Origin: Heptranchias perlo
Lineage: Eukaryota
Length of the DNA: 64,000 nt
Assembly: GCF_035084215.1 (NCBI RefSeq)
Contig: NC_090332.1
Location: 1,674,001-1,738,000 of the forward strand
Direction of reading: 5' to 3'
Below are positions 12,989-26,682 of the stretch, in pieces. The notes below the pieces were generated by a model. The model made no database searches, was not told the origin of the DNA, and worked only from the letters and a program-made list of their open reading frames with translations. The translations under genes were made by a program, and so were the position numbers. Positions within the stretch are counted from its first letter, which is position 1. Each line of letters opens with the position of its first letter.

Positions 12989-14468
12989 AGAATGGACTCT
13001 AGTGATGGTCTCTATTTAGAATGGACCCTAGTGACGGTCTCTATTTAGAATGGACCCTAGTGATGGTCTCTATTTAGAATGGACCCTAGTGATGGTCTCT
13101 ATTTAGAATGGACCCTAGTGATGGTCTCTATTTAGAATGGACCCTGGTGACGGTCTTTATTTAGAATGGACCCTAGTGACGGTCTCTATTTAGAATGGAC
13201 CCTAGTGACGGTCTCTATTTAGAATGGACCCTGGTGATGGTCTCTATTTAGAATGGACCCTAGTGATGGTCTCTATTTAGAATGGACCCTGGTGACGGTC
13301 TCTATTTAGAATGGACCCTAGTGATGGTCTCTATTTAGAATGGACCCTAGTGATGGTCTCTATTTAGAATGGACCCTAGTGATGGTCTCTATTTAGAATG
13401 GACTCTAGTGATGGTCTCTATTTAGAATGGACCCTAGTGATGGTCTCTATTTAGAATGGACCCTAGTGACGGTCTCTATTTAGAATGGACTCTAGTGATG
13501 GTCTCTATTTAGAATGGACCCTAGTGATGGTCTCTATTTAGAATGGACCCTAGTGATGGTCTCTATTTAGAATGGACCCTGGTGACGGTCTTTATTTAGA
13601 ATGGACCCTAGTGACGGTCTCTATTTAGAATGGACCCTAGTGACGGTCTCTATTTAAAATGGACCCTAGTGACGGTCTCTATTTAGAATGGACCCTAGTG
13701 ACGGTCTCTATTTAGAATGGACCCTAGTGACGGTCTCTATTTAGAATGGACCCTGGTGATGGTCTCTATTTAGAATGGACCCTAGTGATGGTCTCTATTT
13801 AGAATGGACCCTGGTGACGGTCTCTAATTAGAATGGACCCTCGTGATGGTCTCTATTTAGAATGGACCCTAGTGATGGTCTCTATTTAGAATGGACTCTA
13901 GTGATGGTCTCTATTTAGAATGGACCCTAGTGATGGTCTCTATTTAGAATGGACTCTAGTGATGGTCTCTATTTAGAATGGACCCTAGTGATGGTCTCTA
14001 TTTAGAATGGACCCTAGTGACGGTCTCTATTTAGAATGGACCCTAGTGATGGTCTCTATTTAGAATGGACCCTGGTGACGGTCTCTATTTAGAATGCACC
14101 CTAGTGATGGTCTCTATTTAGAATGGACCCTAGTGATGGTCTCTATTTAGAATGGACCCTAGTGACGGTCTCTATTTAGAATGGACCCTAGTGATGGTCT
14201 CTATTTAGAATGGACCCTGGTGACGGTCTCTATTTAGAATGGACCCTAGTGATGGTCTCTATTTAGAATGGACCCTAGTGATGGTCTCTATTTAGAATGG
14301 ACCCCAGTGACGGTCTCTATTTAGAATGGACCCTAGTGACGGTCTCTATTTAGAATGGACCCCAGTGACGGTCTCTATTTAGAATGGACCCTCGTGATGG
14401 TCTCTATTTAGAATGGACCCTAGTGACGGTCTCTATTTAGAATGGACCCTAATGAATGGACTCTGGTG
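12989..14468. repeat. 29-bp minisatellite, ~50 copies
   Basis: Unit AGAATGGACCCTAGTGATGGTCTCTATTT. Confidence 0.98.
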
Positions 14469-15129
14469 ATCCCCCTCCCCCTTGGTGTGCATTACCTCTT
14501 CATTGTGAAATGCTGCCTTGATGGTTGTTATCAGTAACAATGTATTTTGCCGATGCTGTCGCTCACTGGAGAATGGTTAACCCCTTGTTTTTAAGGCAAA
14601 CAGTGGGAGATAGTCAGGATTGTTCATCAGGCATTAACTTCAGCACTGTGAAAAGCCAGTCAATAATCAGTCAGTGGTGATAAAGATGGAGCATTGTGTT
14701 TCCTCAGTTATAGACATACAGCGTTCTGGTGTGCTGTTGCATCCCATCTACATGCAGCAAACAGAAGTCGAGGAGATGTGGCGGAGCTGGTAGGAGAGTG
14801 GGGAATTCTCAAGAAAGCAGCTCCCTTATTGTTGCTGAGAGACTGTTATGGAATATTGGAGCCCTGACTGGCTGGATTTAAACAAAATGGCCCTGAAAAA
14901 CCGTGGCCTTCTGATCCTGGCAGAAGTGCTGGGGTCAGTTTTCTGGGAACCTTGGCTGCTGACCCCACCAGATGTTCCAGGGTCAGGTGTGTGTTTCCCC
15001 TTTAAAATATCAATGGTGGATATCCAGGGCACATTTCAACAACCCACCTACCAGGAAACCTGGCAGAGGTTGTCCACTCTGTGGGGAGGTGTGTGGGGGG
15101 GGGGGGTTGATTTGTCCTCCCTGGAAACA

Positions 15130-15730
15130 TCCTGAATTTTCCCCATTGACCCCCTTTATCTGCCTGCTGTCACTATCTTCTGTCCTTCATCCTGAGACAG
15201 TGAGCGGCGGGGATGGGGGCGATGGAATTGTTGGAGAGGGTACGGAGTTTCTGGCTGGCGCTGACAAAGATGGCTTCGGTCTTCCCAACGTTTAGTCGGA
15301 GGAAATGGCAGCTCACCCAAGACTGGTTGTCGGACAAGCAATCTGACAGCACAGAGGCAGTGGAGACGCGGGGCTGGGTGTTCTCAGTGTACACCTGGAG
15401 GATCAGCCCATGCTTGCTGGTGATGTTGCCGAGGGGCAGCATGTAGATGAGAAATAGGAGGGGGCCAAGGATAGATCATTGGGGGACTCCTGAGGTAATG
15501 GTGCGGGAGCGGGAAGAGAAGCCATTGTTGGAGATGCTCTGACTATGATGAGATAGTTTAGAATGGAACCAAGCAAGGGCAGTGCAACCAAGCTGGACTA
15601 CGGAGGAGAGGATCTGGAGGAGGAGGATGTGGTTGACTGATGTGAAGGTTGCAGGGAGATTGAGGAGAATGAAGAGGAATAATGAGTCACAGTCACACAG
15701 AATGTCATTTATGATTTTGATAAGAACCAA
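15130..15730 (-). mobile_element. Degraded L2-type LINE RT fragment
   Basis: Minus-strand remnants LIKIINDILC...ATFTSVNHILLLQIL...ALAWFHSKLS...ITSGVPQ and FLRLNVGKTEAI. Confidence 0.75.
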
Positions 15731-17011
15731 ACACAAACAGCTGATCCTTGCCCCATCATTAACCTGCATGTGGCAAGTGTGAGCAAGCAGCAGAGCACTG
15801 GGAATGTAATTTCCGATAACTCAGCAATCCCGGCAGTTTCAGTGATGTTTCCTCACTGTCAGCAGGAGTGAGAGCTAAGGTGATTTGCCTCAGCAGGTCC
15901 TCTGCCTTACTCTACATGTTGCAACAGGTCCATTCCAGCCGCAAATCCTTTGGTTGGCTGTGCCAATTCAGCCTGTCAATCATTTCTTGACACAACCACT
16001 CTGTTGTTCCAGGCTGCCTCTTTGCACCCTCTTGCTTAAGGCATGAACTGGCTTGCACTGATTCACACTCAGTCTCTGAGTTTGGAACCAGTCTCCTATC
16101 TAAAATCTCACACATTTTGTTTTAATCCACATATTCAATGACGTTTTTTATTGACTGCAAAAACAACACTCAGTGCACTCTGAGAGTAATTCGCCATGTG
16201 ACTCACTGAGATATTTTGACAATGTGTTAAGATGATATCCAAACATTCGCGCCCACACCTCAAAGGGATGGAGTCGGAGGCAATTTTACTAGTTGTGTGT
16301 CATTCCCCGGGGACCGCCGATTGCTCATGTCACCATTCGCACAGCTCCATGCAAAGCTCTCCCTATTGTCCACACAGAGAAGGTTGTTTCTCCCTACAGA
16401 TGGTATACAAGTGAACACTGGTCCTCCAGGGAGTGCTCGCGATGCGCACACCTTGAGGAAATCAGGCATTCCCCCAACCATTCGAGGAGGAAGACATAGT
16501 GCGAGGTTCTTGGAAACCGCGGGTCACCGTGCCCGTAATAACTCACGTTCATGAGGCAAATACATAATGCAACAGCCCCCTGGGGTCATTGGCATTTGTC
16601 CAGTGTTTCGAATGCCCTGCGTAGTGACTTTAAATATGACCTCGAGCGAGCTGGCAGAACGTTGCATGCTGCAGAGAAGAGGCACAACTTAATAAAGAGG
16701 AACAGTAACAAGCTGGGCCCCAGGAAGAGGAGGATGGTGAATGGCAGCCATTTCCAGCCCAGTCTTCGGTTCCTCACTCAGCAAAGATGCAATGATGTTT
16801 GTTGACATTTCATTTCCCCAGAGGCCTGCGCACAGCCCTTTCTGCAAACAGAATGCAGAATTTTACAAATATATTTAACACAAAATGCCTTCATTATGTT
16901 TTTTTTATTATTGCACTAGAGTAAGTGCATTTTTTGGATTGTTATGGGAAAATCTAAAGCTTTTTTTGAATTGAAATAAAAAGTCAGAACGGCAAACTTC
17001 AGAGTGCTGTT

Positions 17012-17350
17012 TTATTCATTCTCAGGATGTGGGTGTTGCTGACATATACGGTATTTATTGCCCATCCCTAGTTACCCTGAAACAACTGAGGCGTTTGCTC
17101 AACCACTTCAGAGGGCAGTTAAGAGTCAACCCTGTTGCTGTGGGACTGGAGTCACATATAGGCCCAGTCTGGGTATGGACAGCAGGTTTCCTTCCCCAAT
17201 GGACCAGTTGGGTTTTTTTTTATGACAATCTGACAGCTTATTATTTTCAGAACTTTTTTTAACTGAATTCAAATTCCTCAAACTACCATGGTGGGATTTG
17301 AACTCAGGTTCTCTGGGTAATTAATCCAGTAACTGAACCACTGCACCACC
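17012..17350 (-). mobile_element. tRNA-type SINE (family of 28605-28968), diverged
   Basis: GGATGTGGG..TTTATTGCCCATCCCTAGTT..GGGCAGTTAAGAGTCAACC..GGTGGGATTTGAACTC. Confidence 0.8.
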
Positions 17351-19289
17351 CCTCCCCTGATGGAAGGATCCATGTGCACTCTGTTTAAAGTGATGTACCA
17401 CTGTGCTCTCTGCTTGTGCTGTATTCTTTCTCATGTACTGCTCCTGAGTGAGTGGCTAAGGAGGTTTCCTTAGGGGTTGCCTGAGGACCTGCTTGTGATT
17501 CTACTGTCACAATCTGTCACGTGTGCCAGGAATAGGCTGCCCTCTTCTGTCTGGGAGAGCCGCCATACTTGAAGTTGCTCCTATTTCTCATCCAGAGGCA
17601 GCTGTTGGCAACGCACAGGTGTTGACTTGAGAGACACCCATCTGTTCTTGTTCTTGTCATACATGATGTTACTGGGGGCTGAACCCCAAAGGCAACCACT
17701 GATCGTTCATGCAGAGACCATGGCTGGGAGCTGTGTATCAGGAAATTCTGCATGGCCAGCTATGATTTTCCAAAAGCCATAAAATCATGAACCAGGAGCA
17801 CTGCAGTGGAGAATCCCAAATCAATGCACTGTTGGGGGGGGGTCACGTCATCACTAAATGCTGCAATCGTGTTCCCAAGCAGCCTTTATTCATGCGTTGG
17901 ATTGTGCTACATCGCCAGTGAGGGTTCTCCTATGAGGTGCTCCAACTATACTCATCACCTGTGTCCCTGAGGTCTCCCAGCCGTGCCGCTCCATGGCAGA
18001 CAGCAGACAAGTCCTGCTTCCCAACATTATCCAACGGGATGGTAAGCTTTGCAACACTATATGGACCGACTCACACCACCTCATGCTGTAAGGCGAGTGA
18101 GTTGCTCAAAACATCATCCTCTCTTTGTTCATCGCCCTGGAGATTAGAATCTCAAGGTGAGCACTGTGACATTTTTTGTCTTTTTAGGTTATTTATTGGA
18201 TTCTGTATGTCTGGTTACAGTATACCTACATGGCCACGGTCAGTTACCGGGCACCGTTCCTGCAAGCTGTAGGAATGTAAATGGCAGTCTGGCTAATATT
18301 TGCCCCAGAGACATGCATAGTTCAGGAAACCCTTGGTATCTATGGTTTTAATTGTTCAGATTATACCTGGATGGGGACCGGTCTAGCAGGTCATTCAAAG
18401 TACTTGGAACGAGAGAATGTATCGCCATCCCAATAAATGCTAAAAATGCTCGGTGTGGGACAGACGATTGGGACCACCGCAGGAAGACAGTGGAGGCCTC
18501 GTCAAATATACAGACGAGGGGGAGCAGTGACAGGTCCAACCTGTCAGGGACCAGATCCTGGGTCAGGACAGGCCCAACAGGTGAGGTTTATATATTTTTT
18601 TAGGTTTCATTGTGAGCCCGTCGAGGTCCGGCCTGGACTGGACCGTCCAGTCCCCGCTCTGAGAGCAGAGGCCTCTCCGCCCCACTGAGACTCGGACTGT
18701 TCCCGCACCAGTACTGGAAGGGAATAGAAGGGGGTGGGTAATGGAGGATGGGGGGGGAGTGGGGGAGGGGTGGGGAATGGGATGGAGAGGGAGTGGGGGA
18801 TGGGGAGGAGAATGGGATGGGGGGGGAATTGGGGAGGGTGGAATGGGATGTGGAGGGAGTGGGGGATGGGGAGGAGAACGGGATGGGGAGGGGGAATGGG
18901 ATGGGGAGGGGTGGGGAATGGGGGCAGGGAGGAGCAATTCCTTTTCACCATAGCAGCCTGAAAAAAATTAAACTTACATTTTTTTCTTAAAGGGACCATG
19001 CTCCATGGGAAAAAGTTCTGGCAAAGTCTTTACAGATATTGTGTCACACAGTAGAACTCATGACTTCACTCTGATTAACCCCTTTAAATATGAGAACAGA
19101 TGTGTCCCATTGTTCACACCTGACCATTAGGCACTATATGTCCCATCACTCCCTCTGCTCTAATGCAGTCCTGGTACAAGTTATGCTCTGACTCGGGTCG
19201 CCAACTCTGGTTGGACATATTCCGGGGGGTTTCATTAACATGACCTCCCTCCTCCTATTACCCAATGTAGAACATCAGAGGACCTGCCA

Positions 19290-20790
19290 TGTGTATGAAT
19301 GTAGAATAGTACACGGGCTGCATTGTATATCAGTGTACACAGTTTGCAGTGTATGCCAGTGTACACAGTCTGCAGTGTATGCCAGTGTACACAGTCTACA
19401 GTATATCAGTGTATCAGTGTACACAGTCTGCAGTGTATATAAATGTAGACTGGTACACAGTCTGCAGTGTATATCAATATAGACTGATACACGGGCTGCA
19501 GTGTATATCAGTGTATACAGTGCAGTGTATATCAATGTAGACTGTACACAGTCTGCAGTGTATATAAATGCATACTGGTACACAGTCTGCAGTGTATATC
19601 AATGTAGACTGGTACACAGTCTGCGGTGTATATCAATGTAGACCTGGTACACAGTCTGCAGTGTATATCAATGTAGACGGGTACACAGTCTGCAGTGTAT
19701 ATCAATGTAGACCTGGTACACAGTCTGCAGTGTATATCAATGTAGACGGGTACACAGTCTGCAGTGTATATCAATGTAGACCTGGTACACAGTCTGCAGT
19801 GTATATCAATGTAGACGGGTACACAGTCTGCAGTGTATATCAATGTAGACCTGGTACACAGTCTGCAGTGTATATCAATGTAGACTGGTACACAGTCTGC
19901 AGTGTATATCAATGACAAGTAACACAATACAAAAGCAAAATACTGCGGATGCTGGAAATCTGAAATAAAAACAGAAAATGCTGGGAACGGTCAGCAGGTC
20001 CGGCAGAACTGAGGAAAGGTCATCGACCTGAAACAGTAACTCTCTTTATCTCACCACAGATGCTGCCTGAACCTGCTGAATATTTCCAGCATTTTCTGAT
20101 ATTATTTCAAGTAACACAATGCCTGTTTTGTATATCAGTGGACACAATGTATATCAATATACAATAGCACACAGTTTGCAGTATATACGAATGTAGAATT
20201 GTGCAGGGTCTGCAGTGTATATCAATGTAGAATAGTACATGTCCTGTACTGTATATCGATGTAGGATTGTACACAGTGTGCATTAATGTTATGTAGTACA
20301 TGCCCTGCAATATAAATGAATGTAGACTAGTACACACTCCACAGAGTGTATGAATGCACACAGTCTGCAGTGTATATGGATGTAAAATAGTACACATCCT
20401 GAAGTGTATATGAAATTAGAATAGTACACACTCTGCAGTGTATATGAAATTAGAATAGTACACACTCTGCAGTGTATATGAAATTAGAATAGTACACACT
20501 CTGCAGTGTATATGAAATTAGAATAGTACACACTCTGCAGTGTATATGAAATTAGAATAGTACACACTATGCAGTGTATATGAAATTAGAATAGTACACA
20601 CTCTGCAGTGTATATGAAATTAGAATAGTACACACTATGCAGTGTATATGAAATTAGAATAGTACACACTCTGCAGTGTATATGAAATTAGAATAGTACC
20701 CACTCTGCAGTGTATATGAATGCACACAGTCTGCAGTATATGAATGTATGCAGTCTGTAATGCATTCTGTGTACTATTTTACACTGATGT
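19290..20790. repeat. ~34-36-bp minisatellite complex (core TACACAGTCTGCAGTGTATAT) with two homogenised blocks, 19540-19913 and 20390-20720
   Basis: Direct inspection; interrupted by the element at 19929-20107. Confidence 0.92.
19929..20107 (+). mobile_element. Short Penelope-type non-autonomous element: inverted arms around a hammerhead-like core, 13-bp TSD
   Basis: CAAGTAACACAAT at 19916-19928 and 20108-20120; arms TGAAATAAAAACAGAAAATGCTGG / CCAGCATTTTCTGATATTATTTCA; core CTGAGGA-A-AGGTC-ATC-GACCT-GAAA at 20009-20033. Confidence 0.75.
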
Positions 20791-21054
20791 ACACTAGTGT
20801 GTGTTTCAGTTTCAGGTAATATTTCATGTTATCTGTTTCTATCCCCTTAACAACCTCATGTCCCCCTGTAAGGTTACGACTCATACTTCCCTTTCAGACT
20901 GCACAGCCCTCGCCTCTCCAGTCTATCCTCATAACTCAGACCCCTGACACTGGCGATTGGCTCCTTGCCTCTTCTCTGCACTGCCTCGGGGTTTGAATGT
21001 CTCTCTAAGTCACTCTGGGTCAGAGACCCCAAGTGGAAGAGGGCAAGGGTGAGA

Positions 21055-21290
21055 ACGGGAACATAGGAACAGGAGTGGGCCTTTCAGCCCCTCCAGCCTG
21101 TTCCGTCATTCTAATAGATCAGGGCTGATCTGCACCTCAGCCTCTGTTTTCCCGCCTTTGCTCCACATCCCTCGATACCCCTCACCCAACAAAAATCTAT
21201 CGATCTCAGTCTTGAAAATTTCCATTGACCCCCAGCACCCACCAGCCTTTTGGGGGAGAGGGTCCCACTACCCTGTGTGTATAATAAATG
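21055..21290 (-). mobile_element. CR1 3' end fragment
   Basis: GAACATAGGAACAGGAGTGGGCC..CAGCCCCTCCAGCCTGTTCC..GGCTGATCT is the reverse complement of CR1 3' UTRs such as 30730-30795. Confidence 0.75.
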
Positions 21291-21500
21291 CTGTGATGCC
21301 CCCCACAGGTAAATAGCCTGCAGACACCCACTATCTAGGCTCTAGTGTAAGCAACGGCCTCCTACGCAGGATACTGGAAGGAGTGTGGTGTCTTGTAGCC
21401 CAGTGAGGGGCCAGTGATCTTTGAGGTGATGCAGGGGGCAGAGGAGCTCGTTGGTGAGAAAATAAATTCGGCTCAGGACGAATGTGGGAGATGTATTTAC

Positions 21501-21946
21501 AAAGAAAGACTTGCATTTATATAGCGCCTTGCATGGCCTCAGGATATTCCAAAGAGCTTTACAGCCAATGAAGCACTTTCAAAGTGTAGTCACTGTTGTA
21601 ATGTAGGAAACATGGCAGTCAATTTGCGCACAGCAAGATCCCACAAACAGCAATAAGATAATCTGTTTTTAGTGATGTTGTTTGAGGGATAAATATTTGC
21701 CAGGACACCAGGGAGAGCTCCCCTGCCCTTACATTTAATAGTGCAATGGGATCTTTTACATCCACCTGAGAGGGGCAGATAGGGCCTCAGCTTAACATGT
21801 ACATCTGAAAGACGGCACCTCCCCCTCGCTAACAACACTGGGAGCGTCAGCCTGGATTATGGGCTCAAATATCCAGAAGGGGGATTGAAACCCACGACTG
21901 TCTGACTCAGAGGCGAGAGTGCTACCCACTGAGCCAAACTGACACC
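21501..21946 (-). mobile_element. Deu-domain SINE
   Basis: Reverse complement of the copy at 29071-29525. Confidence 0.85.
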
Positions 21947-22709
21947 ATTGGACTGCATTATGGAAAGGGGGAGACACAAAACATCTGGGGGTTAATTTTT
22001 AAAGCACTGCACCCTGTGGGGTTTAGACATTAAAAGGGGGTTGAGTTACAGTGTGGAGTGAGGGGGACTGGAGTTTTCTGCGTGTCGTGCTGAGCTGAAG
22101 ATTCTGATTCACACTCTGTTCTGCTCTTTAAACGGGTTGGGAGGAGGGAGGGGATCCAGGGCTGTGATGTGAGACTTGGCACGTACACCATGACCGTGTT
22201 TATACCGGCAGAACAGATTCAGAGGAGGAGCCAAAAGAAAGTAGATTGTGAGCAGGAGAGAACACGGAATGTGTGGCTCTGGTCTGATCCCGCACAGCAC
22301 ACACTGCAACTCAAGACTTCACTGCAATCAGACTTTTAATGAGACTAAAATTAGACTGAAATAGGAAGTTTGTTGACCCGAAGCTGCAACTTTCAGATCC
22401 TGTAGCAGAGAAAAACTTCCAAGCGAATGAAGCAATCCGATGCAGTAAAATATAAGGATGAAAAAGTAAAATACTGAATTAAAATATTAATATAATGAAT
22501 AATGCAACAGGCGGCCAGCGAACTTTCACATTCCCGGTTTTCATATTTTTTCTGATTTTATAAAATGAGATGATTTGTTTGGCCATTGATTAATCAGGCG
22601 GGTTTATATTAAAACATGAGCCCTGACTCTGATCTTTAAACAGAGGGAGTGCAATTTATCTCTCATTAAATGTTAGTTTCCTGGGTGTTCGGAACGGTTC
22701 CAGCCGCAG

Positions 22710-23630
22710 CCCCAGTCAGACCCACTCCCAGTCCCAGTCAGACCCACTCCCAGTCCCATTCAAACCCACTCCCATTCAGACCCACTCCCAGTCCCGTTCA
22801 GACCCACTCCCAGTCAGACCCACTCCCAGCCCCATTCAGACCCACTCCCAGTCAGACCCACTCCCAGCCCCATTCAGACCCACTCCCATTCAAACCCACT
22901 CCCAGTCCCATTCAGACCCACTCCCAGTCCCATTCAAACCCACTCCCAGTCCCAGTCAGACCCACTCCCAGTCCCGTTCAGACCCACTCCCAGTCAGACC
23001 CACTCCCAGCCCCATTCAGACCCACTCCCAGTCAGACCCACTCCCAGCCCCATTCAGACCCACTCCCAGTCCCAGTCAGACCCACTCCCATTCAGACCCA
23101 CTCCCATTCAAACCCACTCCCAGTCCCAGTCAGACCCACTCCCAGTCCCAGTCAGACCCACTCCCATTCAGACCCACTCCCATTCAAACCCACTCCCAGT
23201 CCCATTCAGACCCACTCCCAGTCCCATTCAAACCCACTCCCAGTCCCATTCAGACCCACTCCCAGTCCCATTCAAACCCACTCCCACTCCCATTCAGACC
23301 CACTCCCACTCCCATTCAGACCCACTCCCAGTCCCATTCAAACCCACTCCCACTCCCATTCAGACCCACTCCCAGTCCCATTCAAACCCACTCCCAGTCC
23401 CATTCAGACCCACTCCCACTCCCATTCAGACCCACTCCCAGTCCCATTCAAACCCACTCCCACTCCCATTCAGACCCACTCCCAGTCCCATTCAGACCCA
23501 CTCCCACTCCCATTCAGACCCACTCCCAGTCCCATTCAAACCCACTCCCAGTCCCAGTCAGACCCACTCCCAGTCCCAGTCAGACCCACTCCCAGTGAGA
23601 CCCACTCCCAGTCCCATTCAGACCCAATTC
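22710..23630. repeat. Mosaic hexamer repeat (CCCACT/CCCAGT/CCCATT/CAGACC)
   Basis: Direct inspection; explains the 375-aa P/S/T/H/Q ORF. Confidence 0.95.
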
Positions 23631-23794
23631 TTGCCCCATTTAGACCTAATCCCAGCTCTATTCCCAATCCCAATCCCAGCCCCATTTCATTCACCAACTC
23701 CAGCCTCGTGGATGTGCTGTTTACAACCAGTTGTACAAACCATCCACAAAACCCGGCCTGGAGTTTAGACACATCTAGGAACCACAATCAAACT

Positions 23795-25591
23795 TAGAAT
23801 AGAATCATAGAAAGGTTACAGCACAGAAGGAGGCCATTCGGCCCGTCAAGCCCGTACCGGCTCTCTGCAAGAGCAATCCAGCTAGTCCCACTCCCCCTCC
23901 CTTTTAGCCCTGCAAATATTTTCCTTTCAAGTACTTATCCAGTTCCCTTTTGAAGGCCATGATTGAATCTGCCTCCACCACCCCCTCGGGCAGTGCATTC
24001 CAGATCCTAACCACTCGCTGTGTAAAAAGGTTTTTCCTCATGTCTCCTTTGGTTCTTTTGCCAATCACCTTAAATCTATGTCCTCTGGTTCTCACCCCTT
24101 CTGCCAATGGGAACAGTTTCTCTCTATCTACTCTGTCTAGACACCCTCATGATTTTGAAATCTCCTCTCAACCGTCTCTGTTCCAAGGAGAACAACCCCA
24201 GCTTCTCCAGTCTATCTACGTAACTAAAGTCCCTCATTCCTGGAATCATTCCAGTAAATTCTTTCTGCACCCTCTCTAAGGCCTTCACATCCTTCCTAAA
24301 GTGCGGTGCCCAGAACTGGACACAATACTCCAGCTGTGGCCAAACCAGTGTTTTATAAAGGTTCAGCATGACTTCCGTACTTTTGTACTCTATGCCTCTA
24401 TTTATAAAGCCCAGGATCCCGTATGCTTTTTTAACCACTTTCTCAACCTGTCCTGCCGCCTTCAACGATTTGTGCACAAATACCCCCAGATCTCTCTGTT
24501 CCTATACCCCTTTTAGAATTGTGCCCTCTAGTTTATATTGCCTCTCCTCGTTCTTCCTACCGAAAGGTGCCACTTCGCACTTTTCTGCGTTAAATTTCAT
24601 CTGCCACGTGTCCGCCCATTCCACCAGCCTGTCTATATCCTCTTGAAGTCCATCACTATCCTCCTCACTGTTCACTACACTTCCAAGTTTTGTGTCATCT
24701 GCAAATTTGGAAATTGTGCCCTGTACACCCAAGTCCAAGTCATTAATATATATCAAGAAAAGCAGTGGTCCCAGCACCGACCCCCGGGGAACACCACTGT
24801 ACACCTCCCTCCAGTCCGAAAAACAACCGTTCACCACTACTCTCTGTTTCCTGTCCTTTAGCCAATTCTGTATCCATGTTGCTACTGACCCTTTTATCCC
24901 ATGGGGCTTCAACTTTGATAACAAGCCTATTATGCAGCACTTTATCAAACGCCTTTTGAAAGTCCATATACACAACATCAACCACATTGCCCTCATCGAC
25001 CCTCTCTGTTACCTCATCAAAAAACTCTATCAGGTTAGTTAAACACGATTTGCCTTTAACAAATCCTCGCTGGCTTTCCCTAATCAATCCACACTTGTCC
25101 AAGTGACTGTTCATTCTGTCCCGGATTATTGTTTTTAAAAGTTTCCCCACCACTGAGATTAAATTGACTGGCCTTTGTTGCTGGGTTTGTCCTTACACCC
25201 TTTTTTGAACAAGGGTGTAACATTTGCAATTCTCCAGTCCTCTGGCACCACCTCCGTATCTAAGGATATTTGGAAGATTACAGCCAGAACCTCCACAATT
25301 TCCACCCTTACTTCCCTCAGCTACCTAGGATGCATCCCATCCGGACCGGGGACTTATCTACTTTAAGTACAGCTCGCCTTTCCAGTACCTCTTTATCAAT
25401 TTTCACCCCATCCAGTATCTCAACTACCTCCCCTTTTACTGAGACTCTGGCAGCATCTTCTTCCTGGGTAAAGACAGATGCAAAGTCCTCATTTAGTACC
25501 TCGGCCATGCCCCCCGCCTCCATAGGTCGACCTCCTTTATGGTCCCTAATCGCCCCCACCCCTCCTCTTACTCCCCGTTTACTGTTCATAT
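23795..25591 (-). mobile_element. CR1 LINE, 5'-truncated, frameshifted RT
   Basis: GFVKGKSCLTNLIEFF, SGVPRGSVLGPLLFLIYINDLD, SKFADDTKLG and C-terminal motifs over several frames; tail at 23795-23812. Confidence 0.96.
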
Positions 25592-25699
25592 GTTCATTTC
25601 GAAAGAAACTTTGTTACTTTTTTGCCAAAACTTCTCTCGCAACCAAAACAAGATGCTTTTGTGTTTTTTGTTTTCAACTGATGCTAATTTATAAAGCGA

Positions 25700-26270
25700 T
25701 GTTTCGGGTGAAGGGGGAAGAGGGAGAGGAATAGATCCGGATGGTTTCAGAGATCCGTTCCGGGATTTCCGTCGCTCTCACCACATCTGGGTACAGTTAA
25801 AGGTCTGTGCGGAGCGCGGATTTCCACATCGCAAAGAGGAGGGAGAGAGGAGGAGGGAGGGAGAGAGAGGAGGAGGAGAGGGGAGGGAGAGAGAGGAGGA
25901 GGGAGGGAGAGAGAGGAGGAGGAGAGGGGAGGGAGAGAGAGGAGGGAGAGAGGAGAGAGAGAGGAGAGGATCCAAACACTTCCAGCTCAATGCAGCTCTC
26001 TGCAAACTCTCAAAAAAGGTATGCATTAATTTTAATATCTAAAACTGATCATTAATGAGCCTGTTGGTTGTGTGTATGGCGGAGTTTGCCCGATCTAACT
26101 CTCTCCATTCAGGGTTAACTTGTTGAATAAATTGCGGCACTCGGTTAATATCGCCCGCAATCCTCGGGGCCACGCTCTCAATCCCAGCGGAGCCGCTCAT
26201 TGCAGTGTGAGCCCCCCACGGCCGCTCAGCCCGGCTACACAGCCGACCCCTGCCTACCCCGGGGTGGGCT
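25700..26270 (+). promoter_or_regulatory. CpG-rich segment; candidate promoter and non-coding first exon of the ZNF395-like gene (donor AAG|GTATGC at 26018/26019)
   Basis: Local CpG density in non-TE sequence; the ATG exon at 32437 begins with a splice acceptor, so an upstream exon must exist. Its position here is inference. Confidence 0.4.
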
Positions 26271-26682
26271 CCTCACCCCCTCCACACCCCCTCACCCCCT
26301 CCACACCCCCTCACCCCCTCCACACCCCCTCACCCCCTCCACAGCCCCTCACCCCCTCCACAGCCCCTCCACACCCCCTCACCCCCTCCACACCCCCTCA
26401 CCCCCTCCACACCCCCTCACCCCCTCCACAGCCCCCCCCATCACAGCCCCTCACCCCCACCACAGCCCCTCCTCACCCCCTCCACAGCCCCTCACCCCCT
26501 CACCCCCTCCACAGCCCCCCCCATCACAGCCCCTCACCCCCTCCACAGCCCCTCCACACCTCCTCACCCCCTTCACACCCCCTCACCCCCTCCTCCTCAC
26601 CCCCTCCACCCCCCCTCACCACCCCCTCACCCCCTCCACCCCCTCTCCCCCCCCCTCCACACCCCCTCACCCCCTCCTCACC
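26270..26682. repeat. C-rich low-complexity repeat (CCCCCTCA/CCCCCTCCACA)
   Basis: Direct inspection. Confidence 0.92.

Noticed and set aside
1-14468. 31-, 67- and 29-bp arrays as CRISPR arrays
   Set aside because: Units are contiguous with no unique spacers, there are no cas genes, and the context is eukaryotic.
17900-18600. Unique-looking stretch with short ORFs, considered as an ERV relic or exon
   Set aside because: No recognisable motif in any frame and no LTR pair.
22670-23797. 375-aa proline-rich ORF, and similar ORFs at 26120-26922, 31879-32364, 38232-38876 and 42681-43527
   Set aside because: These are translations of simple or tandem repeats that lack stop codons; no splice or homology support.
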